DNA of 64,000 nucleotides. It comes from Trichodelitschia bisporula (Eukaryota). Numbering within the stretch: the stretch's first letter is position 1; each line of letters begins with the position of its first letter. Both the position numbers and the translations under genes were made by a program. The notes under the pieces are model-generated. The model saw nothing but the letters and a program-made list of their open reading frames with translations. It was not told the origin of the DNA and searched no databases. Of this stretch, positions 48,956 through 61,640 are shown in pieces. The stretch lies in contig ML996691.1 in the NCBI GenBank assembly GCA_010356995.1, forward strand, positions 750,174-814,173, in the 5' to 3' direction.

Positions 48956-51157
48956 TCATTCGTAAAGCTTTCCATGCGTAGTTGGCGCCGCCACCTCATG
49001 CCGCATATCCACAAGCGCAATCCTGCCCACCGCCTCCCCAGGCCTCACATCCGCGAGCCTGACGCGCTGGTGCTTCATTAACCTAGCCCTGTCACCGCCA
49101 GACATATACGTCCCACCTGCCGCATTGACATACGGACTGTCGCGCACCAAAGAGTTCACGTAGCCGAAAACTTCCGGCGTGCGGGTCAACGTCTTCAGCA
49201 CAATGCCCGCCACGCTGGCCAGCAGCAACACAAATACCGACACAAAGTACATCACTAGCCATGGTACATCGAGCGTGTAGACACTGACGCCGTCCCGGGC
49301 GGTTGTTCGTGTCGTCGATACAAAGTCATTCGGGAAGTCCGTCTGGTTCCAGTCGGTGCCCGTGATGTACAGTCCCTTCACCGACGCCTTCCAAAACGTG
49401 TTGTAGAGCAGAGAAAAGCGCTGTTGGAACACGTCGATAGGCATCCTGCCCAAGTCTACTGTTGATTCAAATTGGTGGTTGAATGCTGATGCTGGATCCC
49501 AGATGTAGAACTCTGTCGCCGAGGATGCGAGTGCGATTCGCGGGCCGAGGAGAGAGGGGAATTGATTGGCCAGGATTCTAGCGATGGAATTAACATCCAG
49601 CCCGGTACGATTATATGGGGTCATCGGATTTGGTGCCATGCGAACTTCGGTGGCGGCACAGCTTCGTGTGCGTCCAGGCTGCGAGCAGTCGACATTCATA
49701 TCCACGTAGACCGTGTGTATGGTGCCCTCGGTAACATAGTAATCATTTTCCCCATGCGTGCCGAACATCAAACTTAGAGGTGTGTCATTGGGATCGTCGA
49801 TGTTGGCACTATGGTTGCCGAGGGGTTCGAAGAAAAAGCCACCAAACGAAGGAAAGAGATCACTATATAGCGAGGAGAGATAGGTCTGGTTGTTGATGTT
49901 GGCTTGGACGGTGGAATTCCGTAGGTACCTGCGGAACCTGTTGAAGTTTTCAGGTACCCACTTGAGCTTCATGTCAGCGGCTTCGATCGTTGTCCAGTTG
50001 GAAAACTACTTGTGGATCAGCCTCGCGCTCGACTTCCCGGATTGGAGACTACCGTCTAGCAGCCGTACCTTGAAAGTGTTGTAGTTTGCGCTGATGGCGA
50101 AGGTTGAATTGAGACCCGGAGGATCCGTCTCGCATCTCATGGGGATTCCAACCAAGGCCGCATATGCGGAACTGTTCATACCTGGCTGGACGGAAATCCA
50201 CTTGTCCGGCTGCTTCGGATCGTACGTGGGCAGACTCTCAACATGCGGTATACGCACGTTATTCCACAAGTCACTTGCGTCAGATGGACGCACGCTGCTA
50301 GACAGTGCCATCATCGCAGCGCCATACATGGAGCGTACAAACTCTCCCTCCGTCTGCCAAGCGTTAGTCCCCATGAGCGAATTGCCGGAAGCGTCGTGAA
50401 ACATTGACGAGTTTCTGTAGAGAATGGGAGAGGAGTCGTGGATAGTGGTCCGCCGTAGGTACACGCCACGAAAAGAGGCCTGCGAACCGACAATGCTGAA
50501 ACACCATAAAGCGAGGAGGGCGAAGGTTACAGGCCCAAAGGAGCGCAGCATCCAGGCTGTGCGGGCGACACTAGTAACCGTCTGACTGCCTATGAAAAGC
50601 TCGAGTGACTGGAGAGTTAGCTCATGCTCAGGTTAGCGGAGTAGGGGAGCCATACGCCTAATGACGTACCACTCTCAACTTTATGCTGGGCGTACAATTT
50701 TTGAGCGCCGCCTGCAATGGTGGCGAAGAAGATGGGCCACAGGGTAGGTGCGATGTTGGTTGCTTGGATGATCATATCCCCCCGAGAGGATTTGGGTTTG
50801 TCTTTCAGGGCAGCGATCATTATTCCTAATACTAAGATCCGTCAGTCGCGGCTTGACTTTTGGCTGCCAGAAGCATACCCAGGAATACTATGGCAACGAT
50901 CAAGTTGAAGATGAGGTACAAGAATCCGGACCACTGTTTGCGATGCGAGGGGAGCGGTTTCGGAGGAATTCGCCCATCGTCCAGGTGGTGAGGTACCTGT
51001 GAGGGAGGATCTGACAACGAACCATCAGCATGAGATGAGAATACTTGAACATGACCATACTTGGGGCCTCTTCGCTGGACTGGTCTTTCTCCTCATATTC
51101 GTACTTGGGCTGTACCGGTACACTTTGGAACTCGGAACTGGGGTTAGGAAGAGACAT
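48956..51157 (-). CDS. Uncharacterised fungal multi-pass membrane protein (4 introns, the last at ~50006-50068)
   Basis: Exons splice in frame: ...APTLWPIFFATIAG...GTSLG/SLELFIGSQTV...ALLALWCFSIVGSQASFR...DLWNNVRIP...WLVMYFVSVFVLL...PEVFGYVNSLVRDSPY. Confidence 0.75.
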
Positions 51158-51832
51158 GATGTTGATGTTGGACGAAGTGATCTGAGACCTCTTTCGAAGC
51201 TGCTCTAGCACCCCGCGTGCAACGAAGAACACTTGCTTTGATTTAAGGGCTATAGTATCATGCAATCTGCTGTACATCCGCGCTGCATAGCGGGGCGGGC
51301 CGCCACTTCAGGACAAGTGTTTCGTGGCTGCATATTCGAGGTCCAGAATAGGCAAAGCTAGGAACAGTTAAGCATATGCCGCAAGGCTGGGAAGATTTGA
51401 TTGGCATTGCTTAGCCTTGTGGCTTGAACTCGTGATAACGTGGGACCTGAGGGGGTTGGGAAGGATCGGAAAACCTGTACGTGGCTGCAGCTTGTGTGTT
51501 CCATTTACCGTGAGGTTAAGGCCTCCAGCGAGGGGTTCCCAGTGTGATCGAATGTGAGGGGATGATATGTGGAGCGACGACATCGGCTCATCAACCTTCG
51601 TGTCATTAATGCATCATACGCCCTGCAGGCCGAATCTCTACGAAAATACAAGGGCCATACAAACCCATACGCAAAACGCCCACATAAGTCTCCCAGATGA
51701 CACCATAACAGGCCCCACCCGCCACGCACGCAGTGGTATCTCGACATGGGAAAACAAGCGCGCCCCACCTTCCATGCTGCTTTATACAAAGTCCCAAGCT
51801 CCCATCTATATTGTCTCTACTGCATAGAGGTA

Positions 51833-53879
51833 TTACTTCCAGTTCCTCCGATTCTGCGCCGCTTCCAGCACTTTGTCATCATCACTTGGTCGTCGGTCCC
51901 GTGGCCCAGCCTTGGGGACCGCCGTTCCAGGACTCGGATCATTGCTCGTCAATTGCCACTCCTCTTCGCTGTCGTATCGCGGTGGGCTGGGTAGCTGGTG
52001 CTGCGAGTCGCCCTTGACCAGTCCTAGGCGCTCCTCCTCCGTGGGGCTATCCGCCGAGCTTGTGCCTACACGACCGCTGCTCCCCATGCGCCCGACGAAG
52101 CTCAACCCGCCACGTGATACGGGCCGTGCTCCTGAATCGCTAGCACTTGGGCTGCGCGCACGTGAAAACACGTTTTGGAAGCTGAACTGACGTTTTGTAG
52201 CGTGGGGAGGAGGCGGTGGTGGCTGCGGAGAGAGCATATCAGAGCGGGGAGGGGGGTCGTCGATCGGACCACCCCATGTGATAGTCGTCGGTGTCTGGAC
52301 GTGACTGCGGTACGCCGTATCTTCGGCAAAGTCCCGGTGATCATGGCTGTAGTGCTCGGGATCGGACTTGTGTGATGATACAGCGGAAACCGATTTGAGT
52401 GGTGAGAGTGGAACGCCGCCGGCGGTAGACGGCGGAGCGGCGTTGGAGGAGGCGCGAGAGCCACGGTTGCGACGGATGAAGTTTAAAAAGCCCGGATGGA
52501 CGTCTTCATCGCTGTTGTGGCCATCGTCGTCATCGGGAAAATGGCTCATTCCGAGAGGTGGATGCTGCGTTTTGCGGCGCACAAGTGAGCCGCGCGGTGT
52601 CTCCGGGCCACCGATGATGGTGCGACGACGACGGAGGCCATCAAACTCGACATGTTCGTTTTCGCCTATTGGGGTCATGTGCTCCTCATGCAGCCGCGAT
52701 ATCTCACGCATCTGCTTTTCTTGGCGGGCTTTGGAGATAGAGCGGAGGATGGAGCCGCCACCACGGATGGTATCGGCGCGAGGCTCATATTCGGGCTCTT
52801 CCTGCTCAGCGACAGTGCGCACTTGGTCCAGATCGCCGCTGAAAACGGCTGCGTCGGGGACGTCCTTGGCAGACTTCGAAAGCTGCAGCAAGACAACACC
52901 AGAACAAATCTGCAAGAATCCCAAAACAACCGTGATAATCTGCATGGGACTTCCCTTGAAGCCGCGGAAGAGTACAGCTGAGCTGACAATGGTCGCGCTG
53001 GTGAAGAAAACGTAGTAAGTCGGTGTTACTAGGGCTGCGTTGTACAGGTTAAGGGCTTTCTGCTGGGGTTAGTCCTGTAGTAGTTACTTTGAGAAATACG
53101 AAAAGGCTCACGTTGAGGTAGATGATCTCCGTGAGTAGAGTCGCGACAATGAAAACCAGAAGGACGTATGTGAACCACTGGTTAAACTGTGGCACGCCTC
53201 TGGCTTGTGCCGTGATGGCAGCACCCAGACCCTGGATTCCAACCACACTGAGACCTCCGATCAGACTACACACGGTAAGATAGACCAGCATGCTCTTCTT
53301 GCCATATCGCGGTCCCGCCCACAGCGCAATGAAAGCGCAGCCGACTATGGTGACGCCTGCATAGCTGAGGAAGCCGGGTGCGATGACGAGGTGCTGCATG
53401 TCCTGAATGGTGTTGACAGCCGACTGTTGCGGCGCATTGGCAGCGATGACCACGGCGCCCACGATGCAATTGAAGCAGCCAATCTTGCCCACAAAACTCA
53501 GGCGCTCCTTGAGAAATATGGACGACAGAATGGCGGTGATGACGACGGACAGAGCTCCAAGAGGCGTCACCAAGATAGCGTCGGCGAAGAGGTAGGCCGC
53601 GAAGTTGCATATCTCACCGATAATCATCAGTGTCATGCCTCCCCACCACCACCAGTTCTTGAGGTATCCATAGCCTTCACCCGCTTCTTCGTTGTACTTT
53701 GCGTTGGCCTTGAGCAGTCCCGCCTTCTTCAGGACGAATGAGACACCGATGAACAGGCCGGAGCCGATGGCGAGAATGAGACCGATGACCTTGTACGAGG
53801 CCGGCTTCTCAGCGGAACTCGAGGCCGCCGCTGCGTTGCGAGCCAGCAGCTGGTAGCCGGACATAAGTTGGTCGGCCAT
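51833..53879 (-). CDS. NIPA-family magnesium transporter; intron ~53060-53111
   Basis: IGLILAIGSGLFIGVSFVLKKAGL, GYLKNWWWWGGM..MIIGEICNFAAY.FADAILVTPLGALSV, EIIYLN/KALNLYNAALVTPTYYVFFTS. Confidence 0.93.
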
Positions 53880-54074
53880 GGTTGATTCGGGAGCGCTGGA
53901 CAGCTGATGAGTGACCGCTGCGCGACGAGTGCGGATCGCGCGCGGGACCTGTGTACGACGCTTATGGCCGGGAAATATGAATGCGACAGTTATTAAGATT
54001 GGCGTAACCGTGGAGGCGGCATGGGAAGGTGGTGGACAGGACGGAGGGCTGGAGAAGCAGTTGTTGCGGGTGTT

Positions 54075-54102
54075 GGGGGGGGGGGGGGGGGGGGGGGGGG
54101 GG
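54075..54102 (+). repeat. poly(G)28 tract upstream of the NIPA gene (poly-C on its sense strand)
   Basis: Read directly from the sequence. Confidence 0.9.
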
Positions 54103-55487
54103 AGGAGAGGGAGAAGGGTGTGATGGGGGTTTCGGTAAGGCTGAGCAACTGCAGTCAAGCTGAGACCTAGCGAGTGGCTGAGCGTGGTTGATGCAGGCAA
54201 TCCAGGAGGCCTTTTAGACGCGAAGAGAGGCAAAAGGCAAAGAGGATACACGTTGCGTAGCGGAGCGAGAAAGAGGTACGTCAGCGGAGGTGCGAGGGAT
54301 TGTTGATCTGGAGTAGGGGTGGGTTGGAGGGAGACGGCAAAGTATCCAATGGGGGGAAGGAGAGAAAGATAGTCGGCGCTAAACCGGGTCGCTTGTGGGA
54401 AGAGATATTGGTGATGTCGGTGGCATGGAGGGAAAATAGTACGTAGGATGCTGTTGGAGGGCGAAGAGGAGGATGCGATGGTGAGTTGGGAAGGGAGAAA
54501 GGGAGGTGGAGAGGGAAGAAGGGAACTCGAGATGCCGCAGGTTGTTGCAGTAGTCAGGATTGGAGTGGATGTGGAGTGGAGTTCTCCGCGCTCCTCGTCT
54601 CGTTTCGAGTCTCTCTCTCTCTCCTCGTGTCTTCTTTCATCTCATCTCGCAGCAAAGTCTCCGTGCGGGATGTGCCAGGGCTGTTGCCAGGGCATGCGAC
54701 GTGGTGTGGGACGCGGAGCGCAGCAGCGGAGATCGACTGGCTCCACAAACGGCCTATGGAAGCAAGTGTTCGGAACAGCCTCATGCAGTAATTCGTTGGC
54801 GGATATTCTACTTGCTGCTATACCATTGCTACTGCTGCTTCGTCTTCTCATGTCGCCATCTTACGCAGTTGTTACGGAGTACATCCGTAATCATCGTCTT
54901 CGTACTCCGTATCTTCAATAGTCAACCGATTTTGTTGCTTTCGCCTTCCAATACTCTAATCGCATGGTTGATTGATCTCCAAAAAGCAAGCTTGCATTAC
55001 GCCAGGATAACCTCCGGCCTATTACGCAGTGGCTGTTGCAATGCAACACGGATCTGCGCCTCTTGCCACGGCAACCCGCTTCCCCCGCTGAGTGGTCCTT
55101 GAGCCCTTCGCCCCTAAAGCTTGCGTGTCCCGCGTTTTTGTTGCTGAGCAGTGCAAAAACAGGGGCTACCCCCCCATACTACTACGTAAGTTTAGCGGCT
55201 TCAACCCTCTAATGCCAGTAGCTCCCCCCCTCTACCCCACTACTGTACACACTTTAGAGCTACTCCCATCACACCCTGCATTTCCTGCATGCACAGCCCC
55301 CCCACCAGAATCGAGACCCTCGCCAACCTGTTGAATTTTGATGCCTTGGGCATTATCTCGTTCTCCAAGGCATCAAGTTCAACATCTTCAACATCAATGC
55401 CAAGGCCACGACATTCATACACACCCCCCTCCCCCACTTTGAAGCTTCTAACGGCCAGGCCAGACCAGCATCCCCGCTGTCCTCGCG

Positions 55488-57877
55488 ATGGACTCCCTTC
55501 CCAACGGCACTCACACTCCCGACATATACTCCGCCACCTCCATCGACGAGATCCATGCTGCCCTCGCTCATCTCAGCCAGCGTGAAGCCACAGTGACAGC
55601 CCAACTGGACTCCATAATCTCCTCTCAGAATGACCTCTCCCGCGAACTCGGCCGCCTGGACTTGCTACGCGCACACCTCGGCTCACAAGTGGTCAGCACA
55701 CGTGCGATCAGCAATGGCATGCTCTCGGGCGCTGCCGTTACGGCCCATCGTATCTCAAGTGCAGTGAAGCGCCTGGATCAGGAACAAGCCAACGTCAAGG
55801 CCACTCTCGAGGTCGTCGAGCAGGTTTCTGAGCTCAAGGCTTGCGTGCTGGGTGTACACGGCTCTATGGGCGCGCCACAGGACTGGGAGACGGCTGCCGG
55901 ATACTTGAATCGCGCATCCAAGATCCCGGCCGAAGTAATAGACGGGAGCTTTGCCGAGGAGATTGTGCCCACGGCAGAAGTACCCGACCCGCCGCGGATA
56001 ACTTTGGAGAATGCGGCCGAGTCTCTTTGCGGACTGTTTCTACGCGAGTTTGAAAAGGCCACCCAAGAAGGCGATGGGGCCAAAGTTGCCCGCTTCTTCA
56101 AGCTCTTCCCCCTCATAGGCCGCTCTCAAGTCGGCTTAGATGCCTATGGCCGGTATGTATGCCAGGGGGTGGCCGCAAAGGCCCGCCAGAACCTCAATTC
56201 TGGCACCGGCGGTAATCTGCAGAGGGACGGCTACTTCTACGCCAACTCCTTGACCAAGCTGTTCGAGCACATTGCCCAGATTGTCGACGGTCATGAACCC
56301 CTCGTTGAGCAACACTATGGAACAGGCATGATGGTCAAGGTGATTGAACGCTTACAGATCGAGGCCGACGTGCAGGGCGGTATTATCTTGGATACGTGGA
56401 GTGATGAACGAACCATCAGTAGAAAGCTCACAGACATCAAGTCGTATGCCTTTTCTTTTCTAGTACAAAGTTTCATGCCCCAAAAGTCCGCATCTGGCAT
56501 AACACGGTCCGATTCTCCCGCCAAACCTGGCCAGGGAGGCGCACCAGAGGAGGACGGCGTAAACATGAAGGAAGTTGATGGTATCCTCGGAGAGTCAGCA
56601 GTAATGCTTGGGCGATGGGCCTTGTACACTCGGTTCCTGGCGAGCAAGAGCTCTGTAGGTGACATTCAGTTGCCCCGGAACCAATCTAATATCATTAGGA
56701 TTCTGAGCATGCGTCCCTGACTATGCCCCCATACCTCTCTGAAAGCAACCTGAACAAGAAGATGCTGAAGCTGGTGATTGAGCCATTTAATGCCATGACC
56801 ACATTCTTCTTCCGCCGCTCCGTTGAGCGCGCCTTCCAGCTCGACGAAGCGCCCGCCGACCTCACGCTCAACATCAACAAACCTCTCATTGCCAACGCCC
56901 CTTTCATCACATCCGCCGTCGACGACGTCATGTACATCGTCAACCAGGTACTCCAGCGCGCACTCGCGACGGCCCAGCGCCCCGTCATCGCCACCACCGT
57001 CCCAACCATCGGCCGCGTCCTCTCCTCCGACTTCATTGGCATGATCCAGCGTAAGATGCGAGACGAATGCTACCCCAAAGCCGCGATACAAGGCGCCCTC
57101 CCTCCAGAAGACAAAATCATCGCTTTCATGGTCCTCATCAACAATCTCGACGTGGCAACCGACTACGTCAAGCGCATCGTGGCCACGCACCTCGACGGCC
57201 CGGACCCGGAGCAAGCGGAGGGCCACTTCGCGACGCTGTTTCCCTTCGCCAACGACGCCGCCTTCGCCGCGCAGACGCTCAAGTCCCTGGAGATCACATT
57301 CGCAACTAAGTGCGCCGAGCTCCTCGGCGACGGCATCCAGGTCACCTTCCACCAGGTGCTGAAGCCGCGCCTGCGGCCCATCCTCGCTGACGCCTTTCGC
57401 GACGCAGAGTACAACCTGACAAGCGCGGACCGCGAGCCCCGGCCCGAAGACGACGACGACGCCGACCCGGCCGACGTGGTGCCCGCACGGTTTGCGGCCG
57501 CCTGGGGCATGCTCACGAAGCCGCTTCGCCGGATCTTGACCCCGCGTGCGTGGGACAAACTGCTAGCTGCGGCGCTGCCGTATGTGGCTAGCGCGCTGGA
57601 GAAGAGGCTCTGGGGCTTGCACGGACGGGTATCGGAGCTGGGGACGCTGAGGCTCGAAAGGCATGTTGCGGGGATTGTGCAGGCGGCGTGTGGGGATGGA
57701 AGATATGGGCTGCGGGAGGCATTTGCGCGGTGCGTGCAGCTGGTGCAGCTGGCGGGGATGGAGGCGGAGGAGTGGGAGGAGGTTGTGGATGGGGAGATGG
57801 AGGATGAGGGCGTGGTTTGGGTGCTGGATAAGGGGGAGAGGGCGAGGGCGAGGGGGTTGGTTGTGGGGAGGGAGTAG
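55488..57877 (+). CDS. COG4: Conserved oligomeric Golgi complex subunit 4; intron 56655-56698
   Basis: ISSAVKRLDQEQANV, RFFKLFPLIG, SAVDDVMYIVNQVLQRA and SELGTLRLER...LREAFARCVQL. Confidence 0.9.
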
Positions 57878-58100
57878 GGGATCTTGTGTTGGGAGATTAT
57901 CATGGGTTGAAGTTGGTTTTCTGCAGGATAGAGGAGTCTACTCCGTACCGATGAGATCTTTAGTACATCGCCCATATGCTCTTGATATGGCCTTCTTCTT
58001 CCGCAGCGGAGCCCATTTCGAGCTCGCCGACGGCACTCAAGGCAGCAGACGCAACATCCCATAGCCACAAAATCCAGCAGTTCCTATCCATCATCCTCGC

Positions 58101-58613
58101 TCAACTCTTCTTCTCTTCCCCCTTCTTCTCCTCTCCACCCCCCTTCCTCTTCTTCGCCGTCTTCTTCCTCTTACTCCGATCCCGCTTCTTCAACGCCCCC
58201 ATCCCACTCTTACACACCTCCGCATACCGCGCAAAGAACCCCTCTACCTCGCCCGGCGCCACCACAGTGCTGAGCTTCACCTTCTTCCCCTCCTTGCGTC
58301 CCTTCTTCGACTCGCCATCCGACGCCCGTACGAGGAGCGGCAGTGGTTCAGCGTGCTGCAGGTCGGCGAGCGGGTCGGTCGAGGAAGGTGCGGCGGCGCC
58401 GTGCGTGACTGCGCTATTAGACACACGTACGAAATGAGGACAGAGGGAGCATACGACGCTTCTGTGTAAGGAACACCGAGCCGTGACCTTTTTTGCGCTG
58501 GGCAGCGAACAGCTCCACGAGGCGCGCGAGAAACTGGCAAGGCGTCAGAGAGGCTGAGTACGGAATGGGCAAGAGGAGCTTACGGCATCGTTGCTGATAT
58601 GCGGTTCCGCCAT
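58101..58613 (-). CDS. SRP14: Signal recognition particle 14 kDa subunit (2 introns)
   Basis: MAEPHISNDA/FLARLVELF...GSVFLTQKR/L...LLVRASDG...KLSTVV...FFARYAEVCKSGMGALKKRDRSKRK. Confidence 0.93.
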
Positions 58614-58922
58614 TGCGGTGGTGGAATGTGGGGTATTTTTTTGGGGAGGATGGAACTTGATATGCGGGCGTGGGGTGCGCACGTGGAGGGAGAGGCTGCG
58701 CGGTGGGTAGGTGCGAGAGGCGGGCGGGCCTTGCGCATCCCTGCCGAAATTTTTGGGTCCGCAAAGATGTCCGATGTCTGAACAACTTTCCGCCCAGAAG
58801 CTTCATCAAACGCCCCAAGCTGCGCTAGGAAAACCAATCGCACCTATTCGACTACCTCGTACGTTGGCCATAGTTTCTAGAGCACACCGCATGCACCACA
58901 CCTAACGGCTCCCTCGCCCATC

Positions 58923-61592
58923 ATGGCCATTGCCCCGAAGCTCCCCAAGGACCTGCTCGACCGCATCCAGGCCCCCTCTGCCGCAGGTACCGGTCGTGGC
59001 AAAGCTCGCAAACCGCTGACACGCAAGGAAAAGCGCAAGGCGGAGCGTGCGGCGAAGAAAGTCAAGACCGCACCGCCACCGCGGCACGAGGCGCCGGTTC
59101 ACAAGCGGGCGAAGACGTACGCCGGGCTTGAACGACGCGTACAACGGCCGGAGCCTGAGACCGAGTCGGAAGATGATGGGGAGGAGGATGACTTTGCGGC
59201 GTTCGAGTCGGAAGACGGGCATGAGGAGCCGCCGGCGAAGTCGATTTTGAAGAAACCGACGAAGACGTTCCCGGCCGTCGAAGTTGCGCCCGAGGAGGCT
59301 GCTGCGCCGCGGGTTCCCCGTGCGGTTAAGGAAGCGCTGGCGGAGGATGATTCGGAGATTGCGGCGCTGGAGAAGAGGCTGGGGATTAAGCGGAAGAAGG
59401 GGCTGCCGAAGGCGTTTGAGGAGGATGGGTTGGATGACTTGTTGGATGGGATTGATGAGTTGGTCACGGGGGAGACGAACAAGCGGAAAAGGGACGAGTA
59501 TGAGGAGTTTTTGGAGGGGAAGAGGAAGAAGGGACAGGCTGCTAGGGATGAGTCTGAGGATGAGAGCGAGGGCAGTGAGGATGAGGGGGAGTTTGGTTCG
59601 GACCTCGGGAGTGACGACTTCGAGGGTGACTTCGACGAGGGCGAAGAAGGGGATGAATCCATGGGGGAAGGCGGATCAGGAGGCGAAGACGAAGATGAGG
59701 GCGACTACGACGATGAGGACTTCGGAGACTCCGATTCGTACAAGGCCAAATCGAAAACCGCACCAAAGAAGGCGAGGGAGAACCCATATCTCCCTCCCGT
59801 CGCACCCACCGCTCAGTCCGCGAAGTACATCCCGCCGTCAATGAGGGCACCCGTAGCCTCAGAAACAGAAGACCTCACCCGTCTCCGTCGGCAGCTCCAA
59901 GGTCTTCTCAATCGCCTTTCGGAAGCCCATCTCCTCTCCATCCTCAAGGAGGTAGAGGGCATCTATGCCTCCAACCCGCGGCAGCACGTCACCACCATCC
60001 TTATCGACCTGCTCATGGCCATGGTATCCGACCCCACGTCCCTGATGGACACCTTCCTCCTCCTGCACGCCGGCTTCATCGCCGCCCTCTACAAAGTAAC
60101 CGGCCCCCACTTCGGCGCGCAATTCCTCGAGCGTCTCGTCACCGCCTTCTCCACCAGCTACGCCAGCGAATCCACCTCCGAAACCCCCACCAAGGTATCC
60201 ACAAACCTAATCGCCCTGCTCTCCTCCCTCTACACCTTCAACCTCGTCTCCGCAACCCTCCCCTTCGACTACATCCGCCTCTTCCTCTCCACCCTCACCC
60301 CGCTAAACACAGAACTCCTCCTCAAACTCCTCCGCACCTGCGGCCCCCAGCTCCGCACCGACGATCCAACCGCCCTCCGCTCAATCGTCACCCTCCTGCA
60401 AACTGCCGTCGCCGCTGCGGGCGGTGCAGAAGCCCTCCCCGTCCGCACCCGCTTCATGCTCGAAACAATCGACGCCCTGCGCAACGGCCGCGCCCTCAAG
60501 ACGCCCGCGCACGCCGCGGGACCGGCCTCTGATCTTACTACACGCCTGAAGAAAACGCTTGGCAGCCTTAATGCCCGTGCGAAGGCGAATGAGCCCCTTG
60601 GTGTTGGGCTGGCGGATCTGGCGAGGGGGGAGAAAGAGGGGAAGTGGTGGGTTGTGGGCGCGAGTTGGAGGAACGAGACGGGAAGGGAGAAGGCGGGCGC
60701 GCAGGACGAGGCGGCACCCGCCGACGCGGCCGCTCTGTCTGAACCGGTCCCCGTCGCACCGTCGGACGTTCGTGATGCATCGGCCATCGGGGCCGGGACA
60801 CCAGATCTCGTACGCCTAGCCAAGGAGCAGCGAATGAACACAGACGTACGGCGCGGAATCTTCGTCAGCATAATGAGCGCGTCTGACGTCGCCGACGCCC
60901 AGCGACGAATCGGCAAGCTGCGGCTGAAGAAGGCTCAAGAGCTCGAAGTGCCGCGCGTGGTGCTGCACTGCGCGGGGGCCGAGGCGGCATACAACGCGTA
61001 CTACACGCTGCTGGCGCGGCGGCTTTGCTCCGAACACCGTTTCCGCATGGCCTTTCAGTTCGGGCTGTGGGATGTGTGGCGGCGGTTGGGGGAGGGAGAT
61101 GAGGAGCGTGGACTGGACGAGGATGATGAGGGGCTTGATCTGCGGAAGGTCGTTAACTTGGCGCGGCTTTATGGGGAGTTAGTTGCGGATGGGGCGTTGT
61201 CGATTACGGTGACCAAGGTACGTTTAACAATTACTGTATTTCTGCGTAAGGCTGGCTAACAATATCCTCCTTCGCATCAGACGCTCAACTTCGCCTACTT
61301 GCAACCCAAGACGAAGACCTTCCTCGAAGTCATGCTGGTGACTGCACTGCAGAAGTCGCAGCGCAAGAGCAAGACCAAGCGTGACGAGCAAGCTGTCGTC
61401 GACATCTTCTCCAAAGCCCGTGAGGCGCCGCAGGTCATCACGGGCCTGCAATTCTTCCTGCAAAAAGTGGTCAAGAAGGCCGACATCGCCGGGACCGAGG
61501 AAGAGAAGAAGACTGTGCGGTGGGCGTGCAGAGTGGCGACGGATATCTTAGCTGTGCTGGCGTCGTCGTCGGCTGCAGCTGATTTAGTCTAG
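58923..61592 (+). CDS. SGD1: Nucleolar MIF4G/MA3-domain ribosome biogenesis protein (Sgd1/NOM1); intron 61218-61280
   Basis: Acidic N-terminus, KYIPPSMR...LRRQLQGLLNRLSE (MIF4G), GKWWVVGASW and QRMNTDVRRGIFVSIMSASD (MA3). Confidence 0.92.
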
Positions 61593-61640
61593 TTAAGAAT
61601 GGGCCTGTGTCCCGGCACTGTTGAAATAATTAAGAATCCC

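Noticed and set aside
49973..50068. Apparent stop/frameshift splitting the membrane-protein gene (pseudogene?)
   Set aside because: Resolved by a canonical GTACGG...GCTGAT...TAG intron that restores the frame.
53880..54251. 124-codon N-terminal extension of the NIPA ORF including poly-Pro
   Set aside because: It has a non-ATG start and runs through a homopolymer in a C-rich leader; the first ATG is at 53879 and the recognisable NIPA sequence begins shortly after it.
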